Shown here: piece after piece, positions 46,540-54,853 of the stretch
Position numbering within the stretch: the first letter of the stretch is position 1
How the letters are laid out: every line of letters begins with the position of its first letter
Notes under the pieces: generated by a model
What the model saw: only the letters and a program-made list of their open reading frames with translations
What the model was told of the DNA's origin: nothing
Database searches by the model: none
Made by a program: the position numbers and the translations under genes
Source: Chloroflexi bacterium bin125
GTDB taxonomy: Bacteria > Chloroflexota > Dehalococcoidia > Bin125
Assembly: GCA_002239025.1 (NCBI GenBank)
Contig: MPNM01000008.1
Coordinates: 47,196-111,195 of the forward strand
Reading direction: 5' to 3'
Length of the DNA: 64,000 nucleotides

Positions 46540-47106
46540 CTACTGCGCATCGCGATCAAGATCGCGGCGTCTGCGGTTCAACGAGATCACATTCGACGGT
46601 CGCGCCGGCTCAGCAGCCTCCGACCCATCCGCATCGCCCGTGCCTGCTGCCGCTGCGACTCGGCGTGGACGTACCACCGGTCGCCGCCGCCGGACTCGTC
46701 GCGTCTGGCGTTCGTCAGACTCGGCCGTCGACTGCTCCGCCGTCTGCGTTGCCGTGCTGCCCGATTCAGCCGATACGTCGCCGTCCTTCGCCGCCTCAAT
46801 CGCCTCTTCCGTCATTGTCTCGGCGTCCCGCACGGCGCCACGCACGTCGGCTTGCGCCTGCTCCAGATCGGCGCGGATGTCTTCGTCGATTTGCTGCAAT
46901 TCGAATCGCTGCTCGATGAATTCCTCGCGGACCTCTTCAAAATCGGTCAGGTACTCGTCACGGAAGTCGCGCGCATACTCACGCAACTCGCGGATCGCAC
47001 GACCAAACTGACCCGCGATCTCCGGTAACTTGCCCGGGCCGAAGATCACCGCCGCAAGCAGCAGCACGACAAGGATTTCAGGAATGCCAACGCCAAAGAT
47101 GTTCAT
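46540..47106 (-). CDS. tatA: Twin-arginine translocase TatA/TatB-family protein
   Basis: MNIFGVGIPEILVVLLLAAVIFGPGKLPE then amphipathic helix and long acidic tail (TatB-like length). Confidence 0.85.
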   Translation of the reverse strand: MNIFGVGIPEILVVLLLAAVIFGPGKLPEIAGQFGRAIRELREYARDFRDEYLTDFEEVREEFIEQRFELQQIDEDIRADLEQAQADVRGAVRDAETMTEEAIEAAKDGDVSAESGSTATQTAEQSTAESDERQTRRVRRRRPVVRPRRVAAAAGTGDADGSEAAEPARPSNVISLNRRRRDLDRDAQ

Positions 47107-47211
47107 CGGCAGTCAGCGTACCCGATTACACCACATCCGCCGCCCAATGCCGGAGGTCAAACGACCCGGATACGGGCCGCTCCCATAACGCGGCTTCGAG
47201 CTGAATCGTGG

Positions 47212-47469
47212 CTATTCGTCGGAAACGCCCTTCGAGACCAGGAAATCGATCGCGTCCTGCACCGTGCCGATGCCCTCTGCATCCTCGTCCGAGATCTCCA
47301 GGTCCGGCACTTCGTCGCGAAACTCATCTTCAAACGACATGATCAACTCGACCAGATCGAGCGAGTCCGCGCCCAGATCATCGACGAACGACGCCGCCGG
47401 CGCAACATCGTCCGGGTCCGCCGACAATTGGTCAACGATGATGTCCTTGATTCGATCAAACAGGGCCAT
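47212..47469 (-). CDS. acpP: Acyl carrier protein
   Basis: [13 protein letters not shown] phosphopantetheine attachment motif. Confidence 0.95.
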   Translation of the reverse strand: MALFDRIKDIIVDQLSADPDDVAPAASFVDDLGADSLDLVELIMSFEDEFRDEVPDLEISDEDAEGIGTVQDAIDFLVSKGVSDE

Positions 47470-47484
47470 TCTGCCAACCTCCAG

Positions 47485-47952
47485 CTACTCCGCAGTCCCA
47501 GCCTGCAGACGGTTCCGTGTGACCGCGCCCAGCACGCCGCTCACGAATCGGCGACTACCGTCGTCGCCAAATCGCTTGGCCAACGACACCGCATGCCGAA
47601 CCGCGGTGTTCGGGCGTACCGAGCCATTATCGAAGAGCATCTCATACAGCGCAATCCGCAGCACGGTCAGGTCGACCAACGCCATCTGATCCATCGGCAA
47701 TCGGTCGGCCAGTTCTGCAATCAAAGCGTCAATCTCATCGCGTCGGCTGATGACTCCGCCGACCAGCGTCGAGGCTCGCTCCGCCTTTTCGCCCGACATC
47801 GGCACAACTTCATGCGAGCGCAGCAACGCCGTCGTTGCCGGCATCACTCCAAACTCTGCCTCAAACAGCGCGCAAAAGGCTCTCACCCGTGCGTTGTCTT
47901 CCGCGTCCGGACGAATTCGCAGCCTTGGATTCTGGCGTTCGCTATCCGCCAA
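47485..47952 (-). CDS. nusB: Transcription antitermination factor NusB
   Basis: ARVRAFCALFE...DRLPMDQMALVDLTVLRIALYEML...RFVSGVLGAV. Confidence 0.85.
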   Translation of the reverse strand: MADSERQNPRLRIRPDAEDNARVRAFCALFEAEFGVMPATTALLRSHEVVPMSGEKAERASTLVGGVISRRDEIDALIAELADRLPMDQMALVDLTVLRIALYEMLFDNGSVRPNTAVRHAVSLAKRFGDDGSRRFVSGVLGAVTRNRLQAGTAE

Positions 47953-48907
47953 CGCTCTCCCGATCGCTGATATTGACCAGGGTCGGCGAGGTCGCCAGCT
48001 TGAGCGGTCGCAATGTCGTGCGCACCAGTCCCGTCAGCACCTTGCCCGGTCCCATTTCGACGTACTGCTCAACACCCATTTCATGCATCCGCAGTACCGT
48101 GTCGCGCCAGCGCACCGGACGGCGAATCTGCGCTGTCAGGTCCGCTCGCACGTCATCGGCCGTGGTCAATGACTCGGCTGCGACATTGCCAATCACGGGA
48201 GTCGAAGGATCCGACACGTCTGCGGCGGCGATGATCGGCGCCATCGCCTCAGCGGCGGGCGACATCAGCGACGTATGAAACGCGCCACCGACATTCAGCA
48301 TCACGACGCGACGAGCCCCAGCTTCTTCGGCCAGCTTGACCGCGCGCTCGACTGCGGGCACCTGGCCACCGATTACGATCTGTCCGGTCGCGTTCAGATT
48401 GCAAACTTCTGCGCCCGCTTCAGCACAGACTTGCTCGACCTCCGCCTCTTCCATGCCTAGCACGGCTGCCAGGGTCCCGGGATTCTGTTCACCTGCGGCC
48501 TGCATCAACTCGCCGCGCCTGGCGACTAAGCGCACGGCCTCCGAGACCGTCAGCGATCCCGCAGCGACCAGCGCTGAGTATTCACCCATGCTGTGACCGG
48601 CGGTACATGCCGGTTCAGCGTCCAAGGCCTCGTGTCCGGCCACCGTCGCGGCGCGCCAGGCAGCGAGCGAGGTCACCAGGATCGCCGGTTGTGTATTCAC
48701 CGTCTCACGCAGGACCTCATCGGGTCCCTCGAAGATCACGCTTGAGAGCGATCGGCCCAGCGCCTCGTCGGCTTCCTTGAAGATCTCTCGCGCCTCGGGA
48801 AACGCATCGTGCAGGTCGCGTCCCATGCCGACCTCCTGCGCGCCCTGGCCGGGAAACAGCCATGCGGTCGGTGGGGCGGTCGATGGAGAGGCCGGGGAAG
48901 CGGACAC
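47942..48907 (-). CDS. fabD: Malonyl-CoA:ACP transacylase
   Basis: FPGQGAQEVGM, GHSMGEYSALV active-site Ser; GTG start at 48905-48907, 2 nt downstream of rpmF stop (ORF track Met at 48964 would overlap rpmF). Confidence 0.9.
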   Translation of the reverse strand: MSASPASPSTAPPTAWLFPGQGAQEVGMGRDLHDAFPEAREIFKEADEALGRSLSSVIFEGPDEVLRETVNTQPAILVTSLAAWRAATVAGHEALDAEPACTAGHSMGEYSALVAAGSLTVSEAVRLVARRGELMQAAGEQNPGTLAAVLGMEEAEVEQVCAEAGAEVCNLNATGQIVIGGQVPAVERAVKLAEEAGARRVVMLNVGGAFHTSLMSPAAEAMAPIIAAADVSDPSTPVIGNVAAESLTTADDVRADLTAQIRRPVRWRDTVLRMHEMGVEQYVEMGPGKVLTGLVRTTLRPLKLATSPTLVNISDRESVGG

Positions 48908-48909
48908 CG

Positions 48910-49092
48910 CTAGTCCTCCAGCTCGATCACGGTGCGTCCGCGATACATGCCGCAAGCCCAGCAAATCCGGTGGGCCTGGTGCGATTCATAGCACTCGGGA
49001 CACATGACCAGCTTCGGACGCTGGATCTTGTGATGCTGTCGTCGCAGCCGCTGTCGGGTCTTGGCATACTTTCGCTTTGGAAGCGGGGGCAT
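48910..49092 (-). CDS. rpmF: 50S ribosomal protein L32 (C4 zinc-ribbon form)
   Basis: MPPLPKRKYAKTRQRLRRQHHK...CPECYESHQAHRICWACG. Confidence 0.9.
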   Translation of the reverse strand: MPPLPKRKYAKTRQRLRRQHHKIQRPKLVMCPECYESHQAHRICWACGMYRGRTVIELED

Positions 49093-49096
49093 AGTC

Positions 49097-49654
49097 TCAG
49101 TCTCCCTCAGTCTCAATCTTCAACGCCGACAGCGCCGACCAGCGGTCATCCACTGGTGCTTCTGTCGATGTGCTGGATTCCAGTCCCGGACAATCCGGCC
49201 CGCAGCGCGGACTCATCGGTCGTCCCATATCAACATATTGTCGCACGGCCTCCGACAAGTCGATCTGACCGTCAATCACGGCGAAGCCCACGCGCTCCGG
49301 CGGAGGCTCGATCGGCACGCCCAGGATCGCATCTGATGCGGGCCAGAACTCCTCGTCGAACGACACGTCCAGGGGTAGCTCCACGTCCTCAAGGCAGTTG
49401 CCGCAGACATCGGCATACGTTGTCGCCAGGCTCGCCGTTGCCAGTATCGACTGGTCGGTGCGCAACAGGCGCAGTGCCCCGCTCACAGCACCGTCAAGTC
49501 CGGCCGCACGCGCACCATCAATCTCGTACCGCCGCAGAGCACCGATCGGCTCCTGCAGTAGTGTCGAGACATTGATAATCAAGGAAGTGGTCCGTCGGAC
49601 CTGCGCAGGTCCGACATGTTGTCCGACCGGTGCGGTCCCGCCCTCAGCAGTCAT
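49097..49654 (-). CDS. yceD: YceD/DUF177-family protein (large-subunit assembly factor usually upstream of rpmF)
   Basis: Conserved position and CGNCLEDVE...PRCGPDCPGL Cys pairs. Confidence 0.75.
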   Translation of the reverse strand: MTAEGGTAPVGQHVGPAQVRRTTSLIINVSTLLQEPIGALRRYEIDGARAAGLDGAVSGALRLLRTDQSILATASLATTYADVCGNCLEDVELPLDVSFDEEFWPASDAILGVPIEPPPERVGFAVIDGQIDLSEAVRQYVDMGRPMSPRCGPDCPGLESSTSTEAPVDDRWSALSALKIETEGD

Positions 49655-49806
49655 GGTCAGGTCAGCCTATCAGCGCAACACATTCATCAATCTTTCCATG
49701 CCGCTCTGTATTGGCTATCGCAGTTGTCGGGCATACACTCAATCAATCGAACCAACCGACCCCTCCATTCTCTCCCAACCACCAGTAACGAAAACGAGCC
49801 GCCCCC

Positions 49807-50502
49807 ATGGACCTTGAAGGGTTGCAGCAGCTCCAGGAGATCGACATCCAGCGAGACCAGGCCAAGCGCGACCTGCAGGCCGTTCTCGACCAAATCTCCG
49901 ATCCGCCATTCATCAACCAGCTCGAAGCGGAAATCGCCGCTCAGGAAGACGACGCTCGCCAGGCCGAACAAGCTGTCCGAGAAGCGAACGCCATCGTTCA
50001 GACTGCACAACGCCGTATTGAAGTGACCGACAAGCGTCTCTACTCCGGCTCGATCACCGATCACCGGACACTGGAAGAGCTCCAGCGGGACCTCTACAGC
50101 CAGCGCCAGCAACTGCCGCCCCTCTCAGAGGCACAGACACGCGCCGAGTACGAAGCTCAACTCGCGCAGGAAGCCACCACCTGGTTGCAAAACCTGAAAA
50201 CCGGTGCGCTCGATGTCTGGAATGCCCACCAGTCCCAGCTTGAGGTCGAACGCGTCGACGCACAGGAGCGCGTCGATGAGTTCTCCCGCCAGGTCGAAAT
50301 CCTGCGCGAGAAGCTGTCCCAGGATGATCTGGCAACCTACGACCAGTATCGCCGCCGCCGGCCGCGCGTCGTCTCGACCGTCGCCGGCGGAGTCTGCGCC
50401 GAGTGCCGACTCACCCTGCCGACCATCGTCATCACCCGAGCCAGGCGCGGTACTCGCACCGTCGAATGTCCATCATGTGGATGCTTGCTGCGCGTGACCT
50501 AG
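49807..50502 (+). CDS. COG1579 zinc-ribbon domain protein (coiled coil + C4 ribbon)
   Basis: Long coiled coil then CAECRLTLP...ECPSCGCLL. Confidence 0.75.
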   Translation: MDLEGLQQLQEIDIQRDQAKRDLQAVLDQISDPPFINQLEAEIAAQEDDARQAEQAVREANAIVQTAQRRIEVTDKRLYSGSITDHRTLEELQRDLYSQRQQLPPLSEAQTRAEYEAQLAQEATTWLQNLKTGALDVWNAHQSQLEVERVDAQERVDEFSRQVEILREKLSQDDLATYDQYRRRRPRVVSTVAGGVCAECRLTLPTIVITRARRGTRTVECPSCGCLLRVT

Positions 50503-50534
50503 TCCTGCCGCAGCCAGACGCATAGCATCAATCT

Positions 50535-51977
50535 GTGCGTGCCATCGGATATCTCAGTCAGCGCAGTGAACACCCGCCGCGGACCGACCACGCCGGCGAC
50601 GATCCCACGTTGGTCGTCCAGAACGCCAACTTCCTCGAGTATTGCCACGAGCACGGTTTCGAGCCCACCGCTACATTCCTCGATGCCGACACCGCGCACG
50701 ACAGCGAGCGCCCCGGACTCACCCAACTGCTGCGCCACCTGAGTGAAGAGGCGCGCGGCTTCACCTTCGTTATCACCCAGAGCTTTATCAATCTCGGCCA
50801 CGACGCCACGCATGCCGTCAGAACCGTGCTCCAACTCCGCGCTCGAGGCGTCCAACTCGTCTCTCTCGAGGACGGACCGATCGACGAGTCATCGCTGATC
50901 GATCTCTGGCGTCTACACAGCGATCCCGACCCCGATGCCAACCGCCGCAGGGAACGGTTGCAAGAGCGTGCCCGACTCGGCCAGGCCATCGGCCGTCCGC
51001 CATACGGCTACGGCGTCGGCGACGATGGCCGCTACGAGATCGACGAAGAGGAAGCGGCCGTGGTTCGGCGCATCTTCAACCTCTGTTTGCACGACGGACT
51101 CGGCATCCGCCGAATCGCGCAGCGCCTCAACGAAGAAGGCTTTCAAACTCGCCGCGGACGCAACTGGAGCATGGTCAGTATTCGCGACATGCTGCGTAAC
51201 CCCGTCTACATCGGCCGCTACGACAAGCTCGGGGTCAGCGTGCCGGGCAACCATCACGCCATTGTTTCCGAACCTGACTTCGAGGCCGTCGCGCAACAGA
51301 TGTCCCAGCGACGCACCGCGCCCGGCGTCAGTCATCCCTCCGACTTCTTACTCGCGGGACTGGTCTGGTGCGGCGAGGATCAGACACGCATGATCGGCGT
51401 GACCCGTCGTCAGCAGTGGCGCAAAGCCAGTGGCGACACTGCCGCGGCGACCTATCGCTACTACCAGTCCGAGGCACGCACCAACCAGTCGGTCGGCGGA
51501 TATCACACACGTCGTGCCGACGACCTTGAGGCCGAGGTTCTTTCGCACATCCGCGGAGAGCGGCAAGGCGGAGAGATTGCGGTGCTCAACATCGGCAGCA
51601 ACGACACCGCACTCGCCGCCGAGACCGCCGTCGCCGTCTCTACCGCCGAAGCGCGGCTCCGCGCCATCGACCGCAAGCTCAGCCAACTACTCGATGACGC
51701 ATCCGCCGGAGATCCACCGCCCGCGAGCCTGCAAGAGGCCGGAGCCGACATAATCGCCGAGTGGGAAACAGCCAGCGCCGATCTCGCCCAGATCAAAAGT
51801 CGAGCCCAGGCCCAGGAACGAGAAGCCGACCGCCGCCGCCGCAGAGATCAGCGTCTGCAACGAGTTCGAGAACACTGGGACTCCCTCGCATTCCCTCAAC
51901 AACGAGACCTGATCGAACACCTCGTCGACCGAGTCATCGTCTTCGACAACTCCGTCACCACCCAGCTCAAGGCCTAA
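50535..51977 (+). CDS. Large serine recombinase-like protein (resolvase N-domain + recombinase domain + degenerate Zn-ribbon/coiled coil)
   Basis: MRAIGYLSQRS..., DSERPGLTQLL, GRPPYGYGVGDDGRYEIDEEEAAVVRRIF, LNEEGFQTRRGRNWSMVSIRDMLRNPVYIG; several canonical catalytic residues appear substituted. Confidence 0.75.
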   Translation: MRAIGYLSQRSEHPPRTDHAGDDPTLVVQNANFLEYCHEHGFEPTATFLDADTAHDSERPGLTQLLRHLSEEARGFTFVITQSFINLGHDATHAVRTVLQLRARGVQLVSLEDGPIDESSLIDLWRLHSDPDPDANRRRERLQERARLGQAIGRPPYGYGVGDDGRYEIDEEEAAVVRRIFNLCLHDGLGIRRIAQRLNEEGFQTRRGRNWSMVSIRDMLRNPVYIGRYDKLGVSVPGNHHAIVSEPDFEAVAQQMSQRRTAPGVSHPSDFLLAGLVWCGEDQTRMIGVTRRQQWRKASGDTAAATYRYYQSEARTNQSVGGYHTRRADDLEAEVLSHIRGERQGGEIAVLNIGSNDTALAAETAVAVSTAEARLRAIDRKLSQLLDDASAGDPPPASLQEAGADIIAEWETASADLAQIKSRAQAQEREADRRRRRDQRLQRVREHWDSLAFPQQRDLIEHLVDRVIVFDNSVTTQLKA

Positions 51978-51984
51978 CCGCCCT

Positions 51985-52096
51985 CGCTTCCTCCGCTTCC
52001 CCCCTTGCGGGGGAAGCTGCCGAAGGCTGAAGGGGGGTTCCCGGCTTCAAGCGCAAACGTCCGTTCTGTCCTCTGCGAGATTCCCTCGGCAAGCGC
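51985..52096. repeat. Composite repeat: family A left-arm fragment plus degenerate family D hairpin
   Basis: CTTCCCCCCTTGCGGGGGAAGCTGCCGAAGGCTGAAGGGGGGTTCC then CGAGATTCCCTCGGCAAGCGCGCGAATGACG. Confidence 0.6.
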
Positions 52097-52135
52097 GCGA
52101 ATGACGCAGTCCGAACCAGCGCTAAGCTCACCGAC

Positions 52136-52534
52136 ATGCACCTCATCGCCTACGCCGACGGCGCGTCTCGTGGCAATCCCGGTCCTGCCGCTTATGGCGC
52201 AGTCCTCTGCTCCCCCGACGGCCAGGAACTCGACGCCTGGGGCAATCCCATCGGACGAGCCACAAACAACGTCGCCGAATACCAGGGCGCAATTGCCGCC
52301 GTCGAAGCAGCGCTCGAAATGGGCGCAACAAACCTCGAGCTGCGCCTGGATTCCGAACTCATCGTGCGACAACTCGAGGGCCGCTATCGAGTCAAGAACA
52401 AGCAACTCAAACCGCTCTTCGAGCAACTCAAAGCCCTGATCGACCAACTCGACACCTTCCAACCCACACACGTCCGACGCCACCTCAATCAACGAGCCGA
52501 CGCGATGGCCAACGAGGCGCTGGATCGCCGTTAA
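52136..52534 (+). CDS. rnhA: Ribonuclease HI-like protein
   Basis: MHLIAYADGASRGNPGPAAYGAV...NNVAEYQG...HVRRHLNQRADAMAN (DEDD RNase H fold). Confidence 0.85.
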   Translation: MHLIAYADGASRGNPGPAAYGAVLCSPDGQELDAWGNPIGRATNNVAEYQGAIAAVEAALEMGATNLELRLDSELIVRQLEGRYRVKNKQLKPLFEQLKALIDQLDTFQPTHVRRHLNQRADAMANEALDRR

Positions 52535-52552
52535 CCGCGCTAAAGTAAACCT

Positions 52553-52950
52553 CGCCAGGCCGCCGGGCGGCCGCGGCGCACGTCTCGTACGCGCGTCGAG
52601 GAAAGTCCGGGCTCCGCGGGACAGGGCGCTGGGTAACTCCCAGGCAGGGTGACTTGACGGATAGTGCACAGAAACACACCGCCTACCCGGTCGACCACGC
52701 TCTTTCTGTGGCGACCGGCGGTAAGGGTGAGATGGTGCGGTAAGAGCGCACCAGCGGTCGGGTGACCGGCCGGCTGAGCAAACCCCGCCCGGAGCAAGAC
52801 CAAATAGGGAGACTGAGGCTTGTCCCGGGCCGTCTCCGGGTAGGTCGCTCGAGGCGGCGGGTAACCGTCGTCCCAGATGGATGGTCGCCAACCGATGCCC
52901 CGAGCAATCGGAGCATCGCGAACAGAACCCGGCTTACAGGCGGCCTGGCA
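52553..52950 (+). ncRNA. rnpB: RNase P RNA (bacterial type A)
   Basis: GAGGAAAGTCCGGGCTCC (P4), GGGTAACTCCCAGGC, AGGGTGA...GGTGCGGTAAGAGCGCACCAG, ACAGAACCCGGCTTA near the 3' end; P1 pairing GCCAGGCCGCC/GGCGGCCTGGC. Confidence 0.9.
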
Positions 52951-52966
52951 AAACGCCTACCTCCGA

Positions 52967-53086
52967 TCCCCTCTCCCCGTGGGAGAGGGTTAGGGTGAGG
53001 GCTGGGCCTGGACAAAGAACGATTCCCACGAGACAGATAGGCCGGGGAACCCTCACCCCAGCCCTCTCCCAGAGGGAGAGGGGGTA
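52967..53086. repeat. Family C long palindromic element (copy 2)
   Basis: CCCCTCTCCCCGTGGGAGAGGGTTAGGGTGAGGGCTGG...CCGGGGAACCCTCACCCCAGCCCTCTCCCAGAGGGAGAGGGGGTAA. Confidence 0.8.
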
Positions 53087-53205
53087 ATCGCCTCGCCGCA
53101 TCAAACTCACTTATGCCTACTTTTCCTAATGGAGATGGAGCGACACCTGAACCGCAAGAGACGATGTTCTGACCGGAGGAGAAACACAGAGGAGAGCGAG
53201 CACCA

Positions 53206-54798
53206 ATGTTGAACAAGTCACTCCGCGATCTCGTCGATCTGCCTACAAGTTCCGAAGACCCATCATCATTGGCCACGGTCATCACGGGAGTCACCCAGGA
53301 CTCCCGAGCCGTCCGACCCGGCGACCTCTTCGTCGCCATCCCAGGATTCTCCGTCGACGGCCACTTGTACATCGGCGACGCCATCACCAACGGGGCGGCA
53401 GCCCTCGTCGTCCAGTCCGACCGTCGCGACATCTGGCAACCAATCGCCGACAGCAATCCCGACATCGCCGTCATCAGCGTTGGCGACACGCGTGCCGCGT
53501 TGCCGGAGATCGCCGCAGCCTTCCACGACTTCCCGGCCCAAAAGCTCACAGTTGTCGGAGTCACGGGCACCGACGGCAAGTCGACCACGACATACCTCAC
53601 CCACGCCATGTTGACCGCCGCGGGACACCAGACTGGGCTGCTCAACGGCGTCGAGTTTCACATCGGAGGCGAGTGGACTCGCAACGAAACCGGCGAGACC
53701 ACGCCCGAGGCCGACATCATCCAGGCCAGACTCGCTGAAATGGTCGCCGCCGGCGACACACACGCCGTCCTCGAAGTCAGCTCCCATGGCCTCGACCTCC
53801 ATCGAGCCGACCAGATCAACGTACAGGTCGCCGTCTTCACCGGCCTCTCCGACGACCACCTCGACTTCCACCAGACGCGAGAGCAATACCTCGCCGCCAA
53901 GCTGAAACTGTTTCAGTCCCTGGAGGATCACGTGCCTCCTTTCTCCCCCCGCTCCGCGGGGGGAGATGTCCCGAAGGAACAGAGGGGGGATCTCGAGTCG
54001 GCCACCGCCGTCGTCAGAGCCGAGGATCCGCTCAGCGAAACCATCGCAGCCGCTCACAGTCGGCAGACGTTGGTGGCCACCGCCATCGCTGACACAAAGG
54101 CCGACCTCAGTATCCTCCCAGCCTCTCAGGACGCCACCGGTTCCGATGTCCGAGTCGTCACGCCCGCCGGAGCCCTCGCCGCCCGAGTCCCACTCCCTGG
54201 CGACTACAACCTGGGCAACGCAGCCCTCGCCGCCGGCGCAGCCTGGTCGCTCGGAGTCGGACCGATCGCGATGCAGGCCGCACTCAACAATCTCCGACCC
54301 GTCCCCGGACGAATGGAGTCGATCGACGTTGGACAACCCTTCACCGTCATGGTCGACGCCGCCGCCACCGGACCTGCGCTCGACCTGGCCCTGCAAACGC
54401 TCAAACCGCACACAGTCGGAAGACTGATACTCGTCTTCGGCGTCGCTGGAGAGCGTGACCCCGTGCGCAAATCCAGCATGGCGAAAGCCGCAGCTCTCTA
54501 TGCCGACCACACCGTAATCACGAACGAGAATCCACGCTCAGAAGATCCTGTCGAAATGGTCGATGAAATCGCACAACATCTCGTTGCCGCAGGCGGTCAA
54601 TACTTCGACAAAGAATCCGATCGCCGCCAGGCAATCGAGCGCGCGATCTCACTCGCCAAACCCGGCGACCTGGTCTTGATCGCCGGAAAAGGCGCTGAGC
54701 CCACGATGATCTACGCAGATCGCATTGAACCGTGGGACGATCGGGTTGTCGCCCGTGATCTGCTGCGAGGACTGATGTCTGAGCGCCTACCGCACTAA
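53206..54798 (+). CDS. murE: UDP-N-acetylmuramoyl-L-alanyl-D-glutamate--2,6-diaminopimelate ligase carrying an in-frame repeat insertion
   Basis: VVGVTGTDGKSTTTYL P-loop, DYNLGNAALAAGAA, PVPGRME; about 20 extra aa (PPFSPRSAGGDVPKEQRGDL) encoded by a family A fragment. Confidence 0.9.
   Translation: MLNKSLRDLVDLPTSSEDPSSLATVITGVTQDSRAVRPGDLFVAIPGFSVDGHLYIGDAITNGAAALVVQSDRRDIWQPIADSNPDIAVISVGDTRAALPEIAAAFHDFPAQKLTVVGVTGTDGKSTTTYLTHAMLTAAGHQTGLLNGVEFHIGGEWTRNETGETTPEADIIQARLAEMVAAGDTHAVLEVSSHGLDLHRADQINVQVAVFTGLSDDHLDFHQTREQYLAAKLKLFQSLEDHVPPFSPRSAGGDVPKEQRGDLESATAVVRAEDPLSETIAAAHSRQTLVATAIADTKADLSILPASQDATGSDVRVVTPAGALAARVPLPGDYNLGNAALAAGAAWSLGVGPIAMQAALNNLRPVPGRMESIDVGQPFTVMVDAAATGPALDLALQTLKPHTVGRLILVFGVAGERDPVRKSSMAKAAALYADHTVITNENPRSEDPVEMVDEIAQHLVAAGGQYFDKESDRRQAIERAISLAKPGDLVLIAGKGAEPTMIYADRIEPWDDRVVARDLLRGLMSERLPH
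53935..53995. repeat. Family A fragment inserted in-frame within murE
   Basis: CCTTTCTCCCCCCGCTCCGCGGGGGGAGATGTCCCGAAGGAACAGAGGGGGGATC aligns with the left core of family A (CTTCTCCCCCCTTGCGGGGGAGATGCCGAAGGCAGAGGGGGGTCC). Confidence 0.75.
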
Positions 54799-54853
54799 CA
54801 ATCGAGCGCATACCCTTCGCCTAAAGCCGCGCTCAACCACTCGGAGCCCACCA

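Noticed and set aside
50535-51977. Considering 49.8-52.1 kb as an integrated prophage/ICE remnant
   Set aside because: Apart from the recombinase-like gene and repeat fragments there are no phage, conjugation or cargo genes. GC content and codon usage match the flanks. Treated as an isolated (possibly domesticated) recombinase rather than an island.
52683-53645. 320-aa minus-strand ORF spanning rnpB, a family C repeat and the 5' end of murE
   Set aside because: It overlaps an unmistakable RNase P RNA and a palindromic repeat. Its translation contains the repeat-derived PLPRGEGIGG/GEGWGEG peptides; it is spurious.
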